Of a DNA stretch of 64,000 nt, positions 35,088 to 44,562 are shown in pieces (the stretch's first letter is position 1; each line of letters opens with the position of its first letter). The translations under genes and the position numbers were made by a program. The notes under the pieces were generated by a model. That model made no database searches. It was not told where the DNA came from and saw nothing but the letters and a program-made list of their open reading frames with translations. The stretch is taken from positions 1,112-65,111 of the forward strand of contig MEPR01000073.1 in NCBI GenBank assembly GCA_001769835.1, read 5' to 3'. This DNA comes from Bdellovibrionales bacterium GWB1_55_8. GTDB lineage: Bacteria > Bdellovibrionota > UBA1018.

Positions 35088-38000
35088 ATGAGCGCTCTTC
35101 TGCTGCTCTGGTTGATTCCGGCTGCCGAAGCTTCCACCCTTCTTATCCCCAAGTCCCAACAGGAGAATCTGCAGGCTCCCGCAATCGACCTCGTGTACAA
35201 GGGCCAACCTCTTGACCGAGACCAGGTGGTGGACCTGATCGACTCCGGACAGGACATCAGCCGGATCGATCCCGCTCCGAGTGACGTCTGGACGCCAGCC
35301 GCACTCCCCGCCTCGGACGGCTCCTCTCAAAACTATCCGCCTGAAGAGGTGGTATTCGACTTTGACTCCGACATCACCGCTTCGCGGGGAATGTTTCGCG
35401 CGCGGCTCCTGGGTCCGGGCGCGGTTCCTTTTCGTCTCGTCCTCAGCCTCGACTCGCATGCCGCACTGATGCGCTCGGCCCTGCTGCGGCGCCTAGGTTA
35501 CACAGTCGACGCCCCGAAAGCGTATCGCTCGCTGACGGTGCGATTCCGCGACATAGCCACCCGAGAACGCTTTCTCGACCAGCTGAGTGATCGCACTCTG
35601 ACCGCCCGCTCGCGTTGGATTGAAGGATCGCTTTCGCCTTCTGACCCTCAGGTGACCTTGAGGGACGCTGTCCTTGAACCGGGACGAATCCAAATTCCTC
35701 CCTATCACTGGGGCGTCGTATCCGGAGCGCATCTGAAAGGCCGCAGGGTGCTTCGCGCTCTGATCGTGCCGTTTGTACTTCTGGATGTCCCTGAAAGCAT
35801 CAATCTCTACGCCTGGGAGCCGGGAAAGGAACTCAGCAAGCACGTTTCGCTGACGCATCCCTACGCCGATTCATTCTCCGAGACGACTTTCGATGATGCT
35901 CGTTGGATCGTCAGAAAAATTGCCGAACTGAAGCCGGAGGACTTAAAAACGATCGTGGCCGCCGGCCGGTATCCGGCGCCGGTCACCACTCTCATTCTCG
36001 AAAAACTCACGGCCCGGCGAAACAACCTGGTACGACTTTTCGAACTCAGGGGCGAGATTCCAAAAGCGATGCGCGAATTCGCATACCGAACCGATATCCA
36101 TTTTCCGCCAGACGTCCTGAAAGGAAAACTGGTTCGCGAAACTTATGAAGGCTACGCGCTTCGCTTCACCTATGGCGACCCCGAGTCTCCGCTCCGAAAA
36201 GACGAACTGGGCCGGTATCTCAGGCTGGAACTCATCAGCGGCGCGATCCGCGCCCTGACCCAGAAAGTGAATGAAGCGCTGGAGGCGCGCGGACCGGCGG
36301 ACATCGCGAAAAAACATTCGGAAGACCTTCAGAAGGAATTCCTCGATCATATCCAAAATAAACCGAACCAGCCCCTGTCGAAGCCTGTCGGCTTCTGGGG
36401 AGGAATGACGGGCGGACTTCGCGTCAACGCGAGCCGAAACGTCGTCACCGGAACTTATTACGGAAGCGATTCGAAACTGCAGCTGGTCGACAATATCTCA
36501 GCCCAGGCCACGGTCGGTTACTTCATGAGCAAGGACGGAGTACCGAAAGCAGTGGTGGGCGGCTCTGGAAATCTTGTCATTCAACGAAACTACATTCACG
36601 TAAGACCGGTTCCGAATCTGAAAACCGCGCTCACCACGAATTGGAGCTGGCTCTGGGTGCCCGGCTTCATGAAAAAGCTCGGAAAAATGATCGAACCTGA
36701 CGCTGCGAAGCCCGTCTCGAGCCTGGAGCCGGACCAGATTTCGAATAATTTGGATGCGTTTCTCGAGGAATTGAAGGAAGGCGAGCTCTTCACCATCACG
36801 GACTCCGTGGGGCTTGGCGCCTCGGTTTCCGCCACCATTCCTCTTCTGGCGCTTCTGGGTGTCGACCCGCTCGGAGTAGGTGGAACCTTCACCATCGGTC
36901 CAAGCGCCCAGGGCACGATCTTGAGGCGCACAACGTTCGTGCGCACCGCCGATGGTCTTCAGGTTTACCTCCAGCACGCGCACACCGAGAGCCTTTCAGC
37001 GAATTTCGATTTCAGCTTCTGGATGAATGTCCTGAAAACCTCGATCGGCGCGCAGCGTGGCGCAAGTTCCACGCGCGCTTACCTGCTGGGGACAAAGCCC
37101 AAAGGTGCCGACGAACAACGTCGCATGGCCATTGCGCTTTCCGCCCTATTGAAAGCCAATAACAGCGAAATCCTCGAGGATACCTACGGCAAATACGTCC
37201 TCAAACACGAGATGCCATCGAAGAGCCGCAAAGCGAAATTTCTCAGGTGGCAATGGTCCGGGGTCGAGGAAAGTCATCGTGTCGAGATCCAGCCTCCTGA
37301 GGACACGCAGGTGCCGCCGCGGTACCAGGCCAGGGATCATAAAAGAAAGTTGTTTTCACATCGCATCCTGCGGCGCTCGGGCACGAACGATTACAACTTC
37401 CTTGCGCAGGTGCTGGAGGGTTTCTTCCCGGGACATGGCCTCGAGTCAGCCGGAGCGGCCGGTGACAACCCCTCAAGCTCCTTCCTCGGTAAAAGCCGCT
37501 GGACGAATATCACCACGGAAGCCGAAACCACGGCAGGCCGTGAAACCGACCCCGTTTCACTGATCGAATATCATTGGCAAGGCTGGCTGCTCTCGAAAGC
37601 AAAGCTCTTTTCAATATTCGACCGCATCGAGGCCCGACTTGCGAGCCTGGACCCCGAACTCAGAGTGATTGACCGGGATGCGTTTCAGGATCTGAAGCAG
37701 CTACAGATGTATGACATTCAATCCACCCTTCTTATTTACGAGAAAGGCGTACGCCGAATCCGGGATGACATCCTGGGTGCCAGGAAAAAATCCGATCGCG
37801 CTCTTTTCGCCCGTCTTGTTGAAATCGAGGGACGTGAGAGTTTTCGCCGGTATTGCCTGTCCGAGCTTCAGCGAACCCATAGCGGTGAAGGCAGTGATCC
37901 GTATGCTCCCGAACGCGAGCTTGAGGAGATCATGAACGGCGGAGGGTGGTTCTACGCCTGCCTGAAACCCTGGATGTCGCGTGCGATGAGCCTGGCCAGG

Positions 38001-38297
38001 AAATTCCCTTCTGATCGCGAAGACCAGGTGAAATGGACAGCGAAACTGCTCCATGCCCTGGAGAAAGACCTCGATTTCGGCAAGCTCATTGAATGGATTG
38101 GAAAAGATCATTTCTTCTTTCAGGTGCGGGTCAGCGGCTTCCGGAAAGGACAGGAAAATGGTGACTCCGAATATGTATCAGGTTCCATCGGCATGGTGGA
38201 TCCGGCTCAGGGTGTGGGCCCGTTCAAGGAGATCGCGGATCAGACACATTTAACAACGCACGAACTCTATGCGCGTTACCTGAGTGAGGCACAATGA
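35088..38297 (+). CDS. Large (~1070 aa) secreted protein of unknown function, translationally coupled to downstream subtilase
   Basis: Signal peptide MSALLLLWLIPAAEAS at the internal ATG (ORF begins 34971). No recognisable catalytic motif. Stop overlaps the subtilase ATG (ATGA). Confidence 0.5.
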   Translation: MSALLLLWLIPAAEASTLLIPKSQQENLQAPAIDLVYKGQPLDRDQVVDLIDSGQDISRIDPAPSDVWTPAALPASDGSSQNYPPEEVVFDFDSDITASRGMFRARLLGPGAVPFRLVLSLDSHAALMRSALLRRLGYTVDAPKAYRSLTVRFRDIATRERFLDQLSDRTLTARSRWIEGSLSPSDPQVTLRDAVLEPGRIQIPPYHWGVVSGAHLKGRRVLRALIVPFVLLDVPESINLYAWEPGKELSKHVSLTHPYADSFSETTFDDARWIVRKIAELKPEDLKTIVAAGRYPAPVTTLILEKLTARRNNLVRLFELRGEIPKAMREFAYRTDIHFPPDVLKGKLVRETYEGYALRFTYGDPESPLRKDELGRYLRLELISGAIRALTQKVNEALEARGPADIAKKHSEDLQKEFLDHIQNKPNQPLSKPVGFWGGMTGGLRVNASRNVVTGTYYGSDSKLQLVDNISAQATVGYFMSKDGVPKAVVGGSGNLVIQRNYIHVRPVPNLKTALTTNWSWLWVPGFMKKLGKMIEPDAAKPVSSLEPDQISNNLDAFLEELKEGELFTITDSVGLGASVSATIPLLALLGVDPLGVGGTFTIGPSAQGTILRRTTFVRTADGLQVYLQHAHTESLSANFDFSFWMNVLKTSIGAQRGASSTRAYLLGTKPKGADEQRRMAIALSALLKANNSEILEDTYGKYVLKHEMPSKSRKAKFLRWQWSGVEESHRVEIQPPEDTQVPPRYQARDHKRKLFSHRILRRSGTNDYNFLAQVLEGFFPGHGLESAGAAGDNPSSSFLGKSRWTNITTEAETTAGRETDPVSLIEYHWQGWLLSKAKLFSIFDRIEARLASLDPELRVIDRDAFQDLKQLQMYDIQSTLLIYEKGVRRIRDDILGARKKSDRALFARLVEIEGRESFRRYCLSELQRTHSGEGSDPYAPERELEEIMNGGGWFYACLKPWMSRAMSLARKFPSDREDQVKWTAKLLHALEKDLDFGKLIEWIGKDHFFFQVRVSGFRKGQENGDSEYVSGSIGMVDPAQGVGPFKEIADQTHLTTHELYARYLSEAQ

Positions 38298-41200
38298 AAA
38301 CACGTCTATTGCCTCAGTCATCCGCGTTCATGATTCTCGGGTTGCTGGCGTCCATGGCCTTGCCTGATCCGGCGCTTGCCCTCGAAAACGTAACCCTCGT
38401 TCCCGTGAGAAGCGAAGACGCTCGCGCGCTCGCCAGGCTGCTCCCGGAACTTCGCGACCAAGCGGTCATCAAAACGACGCCTGTATTTTCTGAAAACGAA
38501 CGGAAGGCCCTTCGGGAACTGAACGAAGACGCCCTTGCCGCATCCCTACATGCCTCCTTCGCCACGACCGAAGAACTCCGTGCCTTTTCGAATTCCCTTG
38601 CAGCGCGTGGGATCGCGGTTCGCGTCGAGTCCAGGGAACTCCCGGTCCGTCTGTCCTCTGTCCTGTCGTCAAAGCCGGAACCACTCGAGCACGAGCAGTG
38701 GGGATTGAAAAACCGAGGAACGCCTCTAACAGTCCCGATTGACGATATCACCAGCACGACTCTGACATCGCGTGCGGGAGAGGACGTGCAGATCGGGCAG
38801 GTCCCGGCGGAAAAGACCGGAGCCTCGAAAATCGTCGTTGCGGTTCTGGATACCGGTGTCGATGGCGCGCATCCCGACCTGATTCCGAATCTTCTGCAAA
38901 AGCCCGATGAATGCGTCGCACTCGAAAGTTATCGCGAATGCCTGAAAGGAACCGATCGCAAGGCTTGCGATGAACGCTTCGGCAACTTTGATTCTGATGG
39001 CAACGGATATCCCATGGACTGCCTGGGCTGGAATTTGACAGTGGGAAAAAATCCGCTGAACGGGATTCAGGGAAACAGCCAGTCCAACGATACCGTCGGC
39101 CACGGGACCCATGTCGCGGGGGTGATCGGAGCGGCCTCCAACGGAATCGGAATTCGCGGGGTGAGCCAGAATGTGGCGCTTCTCCCCGTGAAGATATTCA
39201 ATGGAAATCCAAGATCTCCGGTTCGTGCTCAGTCGCTCGAAAGCACGACTTCCGGGGAGCCCGTGCCGTTGCCTTCTGAAAACGGCAGAAAGTGGGGAAC
39301 AGGCTTCGCAGATGTGATCGCCCGGGGCGTGCTCTACGCAATCCGCTCCGGCGCCCACGTCATGAACATCTCGCTCGCCTGGCCGGCGTCCGCTGACTCG
39401 GAGCTCATGCGACGAATGGTACGTCTCGCCCAATCGCGCGGGATTCTGATCGTTGCCGCGGCAGGCAATGATTCGACCGAAGCGGAAGTCATGCCCTGTG
39501 CTTATGATGGCGTCGTTTGCGTCGCCTCGCATCAGCCCGATGGAACTCTCTCTCACTTTTCCAACCATGGCGCCTCGGTCGATCTTGCGGCTCCTGGAGT
39601 TCGCATCCTGAGCACGTGGCCCCTGGCGCTCCGTCCGCAGGTTTTCACCGATCTGGTCGGTTATGAGTTCAAGAACGGCACCTCGATGGCCGCTCCGTTT
39701 GTCACAGGGGCGCTGGCGCGCCTGATGGCCGGAGGCATGTCGTCCGACGAAGCGCTCGCACGGGTCCTGATCGGCACACGACCGATCACCGGGAAAGGTT
39801 CACGCTCCGTTCGCTTCGGAAATCTCGACCTCGGAGGAAGCTTCCGCACCTCGCCCGAACCCCTGATCGTTCCTGAACGAAAAGGAATGACCGAGATCAC
39901 CTGGGAACGAGCACAAAAACAACTCACTCCTGTTTTGAATCTCAAGAACCTATGGCAGACAGCGCCTGCTGCTCAACTCACGATCAGGTTACCCGCTGAA
40001 CTCCAATCGGCGCTCCGCATCGACCAGTCCGTGTTCGACTTCAAAAACTGGAGCTCCGGTGAAAGTCGCACAGTAGCTGTACCGATCACCATTCTCGATG
40101 ACGAATTTCCCTCTGAAATAGACCTCTGGGTGGAAGTGAAAACTCCGCGCCAGTCACTGTTTGCGGCGGGCCGCCCTCCCCGCTCCTTCAAGGTCCGCGT
40201 CTCGGTGAGCGTGAATGTCGGGATCGACAGTGCCGATCCTGAATTCGAATCCATTCCCCTCGTGGGCATCGATCACCCGCGGACGGCCGTGAAAATCAGA
40301 AGCGTGCTCCCGACGGGCACCTCGGCATCTTCCAAGGTGCTCCGAGATTACGCGCTCATTCAGCCGAACGCCAAAGGCGACCGCATCATTCAGCTTTTCT
40401 CTCGCCGGGTGAGCGCGGATCAGGAGATCGGGTCTTACGAATTTCAGGGCAGCCATTCACTTGCGCGAACCGACGGAGAACTCCTTGCGCTTTATCGCCT
40501 CGATCTGGAACGCGACGGAAATGATGAGTACGCGCTTCTGACTACGTTCACTGGCGCAGGCGCAGACGGGAAACCGAGCTCACGGTTCCGATTCGTCTTC
40601 CTGGATGCCAGAGGCACGCGCCTGACTGGACCCACCGGCGAACTCACCTACGAACCAACGAAAGCAGTGCTTCCGGAAAGTTTCTCGTGGCTTGCCAACG
40701 GCAGCCGTTTGAGCCCGGCCTGGGTGGGAGGTGGATTCACCCCTGACAGCGAGATTCCCGCTTATGATCCCTGGAATCCTGATTGGTCGGATTCCCCGCG
40801 TTCGAGGTTCTATTACCTGGACGCCTCAGGGCTGCGGACGGTGAAGGAACCCAAAGACTACACCTTTGTGGCCACGCTGGGGCAAACGGACTCACAGAAA
40901 CTTGCAGGCGTTATTCCCGTCATTTTAGCTCGCGGGGAGTCTTACCGCCTGGAGTATGCGACGGCGCTCGTCCAAATGCCCGAAGGAGCACAGCAGCCCG
41001 TGGTGGCCGCCATCACCCCCCTCCGGTTGCAGGATTATCGGATGCTACTGGGCTTCGATACGGCCCAAACGGCGTGGTCTCTGGATACCGGCGCTTCGGC
41101 GGCGGGAACCGCTTTCTCCCTGGTGAGCCGCCCCGGGACCCTTCGCACGACCATCTTGCAATATGCGAATGTCCGGAGTGCCGTCGAAAATGTCATTGAG

Positions 41201-41683
41201 AAGATCTCGGATGTCATCAGCACCCCGGTCTTCGAGACGGATTCAGTTGTTCGAACGGCCGCTGTATTCGTTGGAACCGGTGGTGGGATTTTCACGCAAA
41301 CCCAATTCGACCTGCAGTTCCAGGATGCAGCCGAAGGAGCCACCGCCGTAAGCAGCCTTCGCCGGTTCAGCTTCCTCCCACAGCTTTCATTTCTGCGAAG
41401 CTTTCTGCCAGCTGCGGTGCATGGAAGAAAACCGGAAGACCGGCGTCTTCCCGCGATTCTTATCGAAGGATCACCCACCGGAAAAGACATCTCCGAAGTC
41501 ATTGTCCCGAAATATGGCCCGGACGGTCGGCTGGAACAGCTCATTCAGCCGGCACGACTCAGACTCGCGGCAGCCGCTGGCTGCCAACGCATTCCAAACC
41601 CGATCGCGCCATCGAGCGGAGCCCCCACACAGGTCTCGTTTTTCTGTGGTGATCGATTCATACGGGTGCCACTTACGCACTGA
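38294..41683 (+). CDS. Secreted subtilisin-like serine protease (peptidase S8) with ~650-aa C-terminal extension
   Basis: Signal peptide. Catalytic triad in D-H-S order: VAVLDTGVDGAHPD, HGTHVAGVIGA, GTSMAAPFVTGALA. 1129 aa. Confidence 0.85.
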   Translation: MKTRLLPQSSAFMILGLLASMALPDPALALENVTLVPVRSEDARALARLLPELRDQAVIKTTPVFSENERKALRELNEDALAASLHASFATTEELRAFSNSLAARGIAVRVESRELPVRLSSVLSSKPEPLEHEQWGLKNRGTPLTVPIDDITSTTLTSRAGEDVQIGQVPAEKTGASKIVVAVLDTGVDGAHPDLIPNLLQKPDECVALESYRECLKGTDRKACDERFGNFDSDGNGYPMDCLGWNLTVGKNPLNGIQGNSQSNDTVGHGTHVAGVIGAASNGIGIRGVSQNVALLPVKIFNGNPRSPVRAQSLESTTSGEPVPLPSENGRKWGTGFADVIARGVLYAIRSGAHVMNISLAWPASADSELMRRMVRLAQSRGILIVAAAGNDSTEAEVMPCAYDGVVCVASHQPDGTLSHFSNHGASVDLAAPGVRILSTWPLALRPQVFTDLVGYEFKNGTSMAAPFVTGALARLMAGGMSSDEALARVLIGTRPITGKGSRSVRFGNLDLGGSFRTSPEPLIVPERKGMTEITWERAQKQLTPVLNLKNLWQTAPAAQLTIRLPAELQSALRIDQSVFDFKNWSSGESRTVAVPITILDDEFPSEIDLWVEVKTPRQSLFAAGRPPRSFKVRVSVSVNVGIDSADPEFESIPLVGIDHPRTAVKIRSVLPTGTSASSKVLRDYALIQPNAKGDRIIQLFSRRVSADQEIGSYEFQGSHSLARTDGELLALYRLDLERDGNDEYALLTTFTGAGADGKPSSRFRFVFLDARGTRLTGPTGELTYEPTKAVLPESFSWLANGSRLSPAWVGGGFTPDSEIPAYDPWNPDWSDSPRSRFYYLDASGLRTVKEPKDYTFVATLGQTDSQKLAGVIPVILARGESYRLEYATALVQMPEGAQQPVVAAITPLRLQDYRMLLGFDTAQTAWSLDTGASAAGTAFSLVSRPGTLRTTILQYANVRSAVENVIEKISDVISTPVFETDSVVRTAAVFVGTGGGIFTQTQFDLQFQDAAEGATAVSSLRRFSFLPQLSFLRSFLPAAVHGRKPEDRRLPAILIEGSPTGKDISEVIVPKYGPDGRLEQLIQPARLRLAAAAGCQRIPNPIAPSSGAPTQVSFFCGDRFIRVPLTH

Positions 41684-41840
41684 AAGGAGCCAATAAGGCA
41701 GGGTCATTCGGAAACCACCTGAATTTTTTTCTATCGACAGAAACGCCAAGGCGGAAGCGGATCTTGTCATATCAGCTAGTTACGCTTCGGCATCGTTCTT
41801 GCTGTTGCGTCCCGCCGAGAACAGAAAGGGATAAAAATTT

Positions 41841-42593
41841 ATGATCACTACAAAAACAACAGTTCAACTTATGGCGGTGGTGGCTCTCATCGTCGCCGCG
41901 CCAATGATGGGATGCAGAAGCTCAAGCCATCACACCTCGGTCATTTCCGATCCTTACCAGCCGATGTGGTACGACGTTTATGGCCGCTACTGCGGTACCG
42001 GCACTCCGTCCGCTGGCTGTAACTATTATTCCAATGGCCTGAAGATCATCGACATCGAAGATCCTTACTTCAACAACTACTACAATCTGGAATATGCCTA
42101 TTGGGAGTATTATGACGAGTACGGTTATCTCTCGTACTACCTCGGCTGGGCCTGGCTGAGCCCGAATGACATCCTCTACAACGAAAACGGAAGAGCACTG
42201 AACGAGACCGGCAACGAAGAAGGTCGCGACATCGTCGCTGAAGCTGGAGAACAGCAGGAATCAGCGATCATGGGCGCAGGCAAACAATTCGCTTCGCGCT
42301 ATGCTCTTGCGGACTCCGTAGGCGTTCGAATCGCGCGCACCCTGAATGATTGGGCAACACTGGCAAAATCGCGCTCCCGCACGGAGCAGGACATTGCTGA
42401 CTTCTCAAAGCGCCTCTACGGCGTAGATTACACCCAGGTCACCTCGGCTCTCGCCAAGGCTGCTGAAGGTGACAAAACCGAGATCAACGTTGCCCTCGGC
42501 GAAATGGCGGACTACTGGGGAACGACCCCTGAGACTTCCCGCGAAATCGTAAAGGGCGCCTACAAAGACGTTCTTGGCGACTTCAACCCCTAA
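41841..42593 (+). CDS. Secreted Tyr/Asn-rich hypothetical protein
   Basis: Signal peptide. YYNLEYAYWEYYDEYGYLSYYLGWAW aromatic cluster. Followed by a strong terminator. Confidence 0.4.
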   Translation: MITTKTTVQLMAVVALIVAAPMMGCRSSSHHTSVISDPYQPMWYDVYGRYCGTGTPSAGCNYYSNGLKIIDIEDPYFNNYYNLEYAYWEYYDEYGYLSYYLGWAWLSPNDILYNENGRALNETGNEEGRDIVAEAGEQQESAIMGAGKQFASRYALADSVGVRIARTLNDWATLAKSRSRTEQDIADFSKRLYGVDYTQVTSALAKAAEGDKTEINVALGEMADYWGTTPETSREIVKGAYKDVLGDFNP

Positions 42594-42620
42594 TCGTCGA
42601 AACTGAATTCTTAACCTGAA

Positions 42621-42659
42621 CGCCTCCGCGGGACAGCTCCCCCGGAGGCGTTTTTTTTT
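42621..42659 (+). terminator. Rho-independent terminator (GC stem CGCCTCCGG...CCGGAGGCG + T9)
   Basis: Hairpin at 42621-42650 and T-run at 42651-42659, seen directly. Confidence 0.75.
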
Positions 42660-42745
42660 CCTGAGATGCCAGGAACCGGAGCAATCCGAATTGACAGCTG
42701 TCAGATTTAATTATAATGCAATGCGTCAAAGGATCGGTCATCCCT

Positions 42746-44548
42746 ATGTCCCTTTCCGTTCCCTCAAAAAGCAAACTCGGCTTCGTCACGACACTGTTGA
42801 TCTCCACCTTGCTGCTGCAGGCCCAACCCAGCGCCGCACAGTCGTCTGAAGACCTTCCAGAGCGTCTGGTGATCGGCATGGACGGTGTCTCCTACTACGA
42901 CCTTCAACGACTTCAGGCAGAAGGGCTTTTCAAGAATTTTCATGCGGTAAGCCGCGCCATCTCAACATTCCCCTCATTAAGCGACATTGCCTGGGCCGAT
43001 ATTTTTCAAACGATTCAGCCAAACGGCTATCAGCGCTTCCATTACAGCGTTCGCGCCAACCGCATCGTCGGTGGAGCGCTCTCGGATCTCGGAAATCCAA
43101 TCGACTACGAAAAGCAGATGCACCTCGCCTTTGAGGACCTCGGGCACCACACGTTTTCCTACATGTTCGCGGCGAACGCAGCGGAAGAGGAGATCGAGAC
43201 CATTACCCGCGACGTTCTGAATGCTCGCGGCATCCGGACGTTTTACACGTACATGCTTTCAACCGACACCCTCCAGCACACGGACGGTGACATCATCGGT
43301 TTTTTGAAACTGCTGAATCGCAAACTCTCCGAACTTCAGACCGAGTATCGCCGGCAAACCGGCAAAGAGCTTCGGATCGCGCTTCTCTCAGACCACGGGA
43401 ACACCCATCACAACAAGGGCATCCGCGTCCCGGTTCGCGAGTTTCTGGAGGAACGGGGCTTCCGCATCTCCGAAAAAATCGAGCGCGAGAAGGACATCGT
43501 GTTCACGGCAGCCGGCATCCTCAGTTCGATCGCGATCTTCAGCCGTGAAAGCCAGATCAATGCCATTGTCGAAAACATTGTTGAACTGGACGGTGTGGAC
43601 CTCATCTCCTACGTGCTTCCGGGGGACGGTGATCTGATAGGCCTGCGCAACAGCGAAGGCGAGGAAGCTCTCATCGTGAAACGCGAGGGAGAGAAGAAAT
43701 ACTCCTATCAGATGACAAAGGGAGACCCGCTCAATTACGCCGAGATCGTCGCACGCCTTCAGCAGGAAGGAAAAATGGACGATGCCGGATTCGTAACCTC
43801 CGAAGACTGGCTGCAAGCGACTTCAGATCACTTCTATCCGGCTGCGGTTGAAAGAATTTACCGCGGACATCGCGTCGTGACACTGAACCCCGCCCGCATC
43901 CTCGTTTCCCTGAAGGACGGTTACGAGAACGCCAACAGTCTTGTCAAATTCATGACCCACTTCAAGAAGCGCGGCGGCACCCATGGCGCTTTGAGCGACA
44001 AGGGCACCAATGGGATTCTCATGACGAATTACATGCCGACGCGTGACCTCACGACCGACAGGATTTCTGATTTCCTGCAACTGTCCGAACTTCGCGAATA
44101 TCGCAAGGAAAAGGCCGGGGCACGTTTCACCGACTCACGCATCATCGGGACCGACCTCGATAACGGTGCGCCTGTCGAATCCGATGACAACCTGGGCCCG
44201 CAACATGAAACGTTCCTGAACCTCTGGGATCCGGAAGCCCGCTCGTTCGCGGAACTTGGGATCGAGACGCGTTACCGCTTCCTGGTGAAACATAACGGAT
44301 TCTCCCTGTTCAACCGCAAAGCTTCAAACCGGGAGTTCGTCGCGGATTCCCTTCCAAGAACTTCGGACGAAACGGAATTCCGCATTCCCCTCGCCCTTGC
44401 GATTCCGGATCACCTGAATCCGGGCGAATACTTCGTGAAGGTCTACGCAAGACGAATGGACCCAAAAACAGGAAAAGAGCTCGCAGAAAAGAAGCTCGTC
44501 CTGCTCCGTTTTTTCACGGACCTTGACGGACAGGTTGTCGCTTACTGA
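42746..44548 (+). CDS. Secreted alkaline-phosphatase-superfamily enzyme (type I phosphodiesterase/nucleotide pyrophosphatase-like)
   Basis: Signal peptide. Metal-ligand-like motifs IGMDGVSYYD, LLSDHGNTHH, RGGTHGALSDKG. About 600 aa. Confidence 0.45.
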   Translation: MSLSVPSKSKLGFVTTLLISTLLLQAQPSAAQSSEDLPERLVIGMDGVSYYDLQRLQAEGLFKNFHAVSRAISTFPSLSDIAWADIFQTIQPNGYQRFHYSVRANRIVGGALSDLGNPIDYEKQMHLAFEDLGHHTFSYMFAANAAEEEIETITRDVLNARGIRTFYTYMLSTDTLQHTDGDIIGFLKLLNRKLSELQTEYRRQTGKELRIALLSDHGNTHHNKGIRVPVREFLEERGFRISEKIEREKDIVFTAAGILSSIAIFSRESQINAIVENIVELDGVDLISYVLPGDGDLIGLRNSEGEEALIVKREGEKKYSYQMTKGDPLNYAEIVARLQQEGKMDDAGFVTSEDWLQATSDHFYPAAVERIYRGHRVVTLNPARILVSLKDGYENANSLVKFMTHFKKRGGTHGALSDKGTNGILMTNYMPTRDLTTDRISDFLQLSELREYRKEKAGARFTDSRIIGTDLDNGAPVESDDNLGPQHETFLNLWDPEARSFAELGIETRYRFLVKHNGFSLFNRKASNREFVADSLPRTSDETEFRIPLALAIPDHLNPGEYFVKVYARRMDPKTGKELAEKKLVLLRFFTDLDGQVVAY

Positions 44549-44562
44549 ACCTCGTGGGCTTC

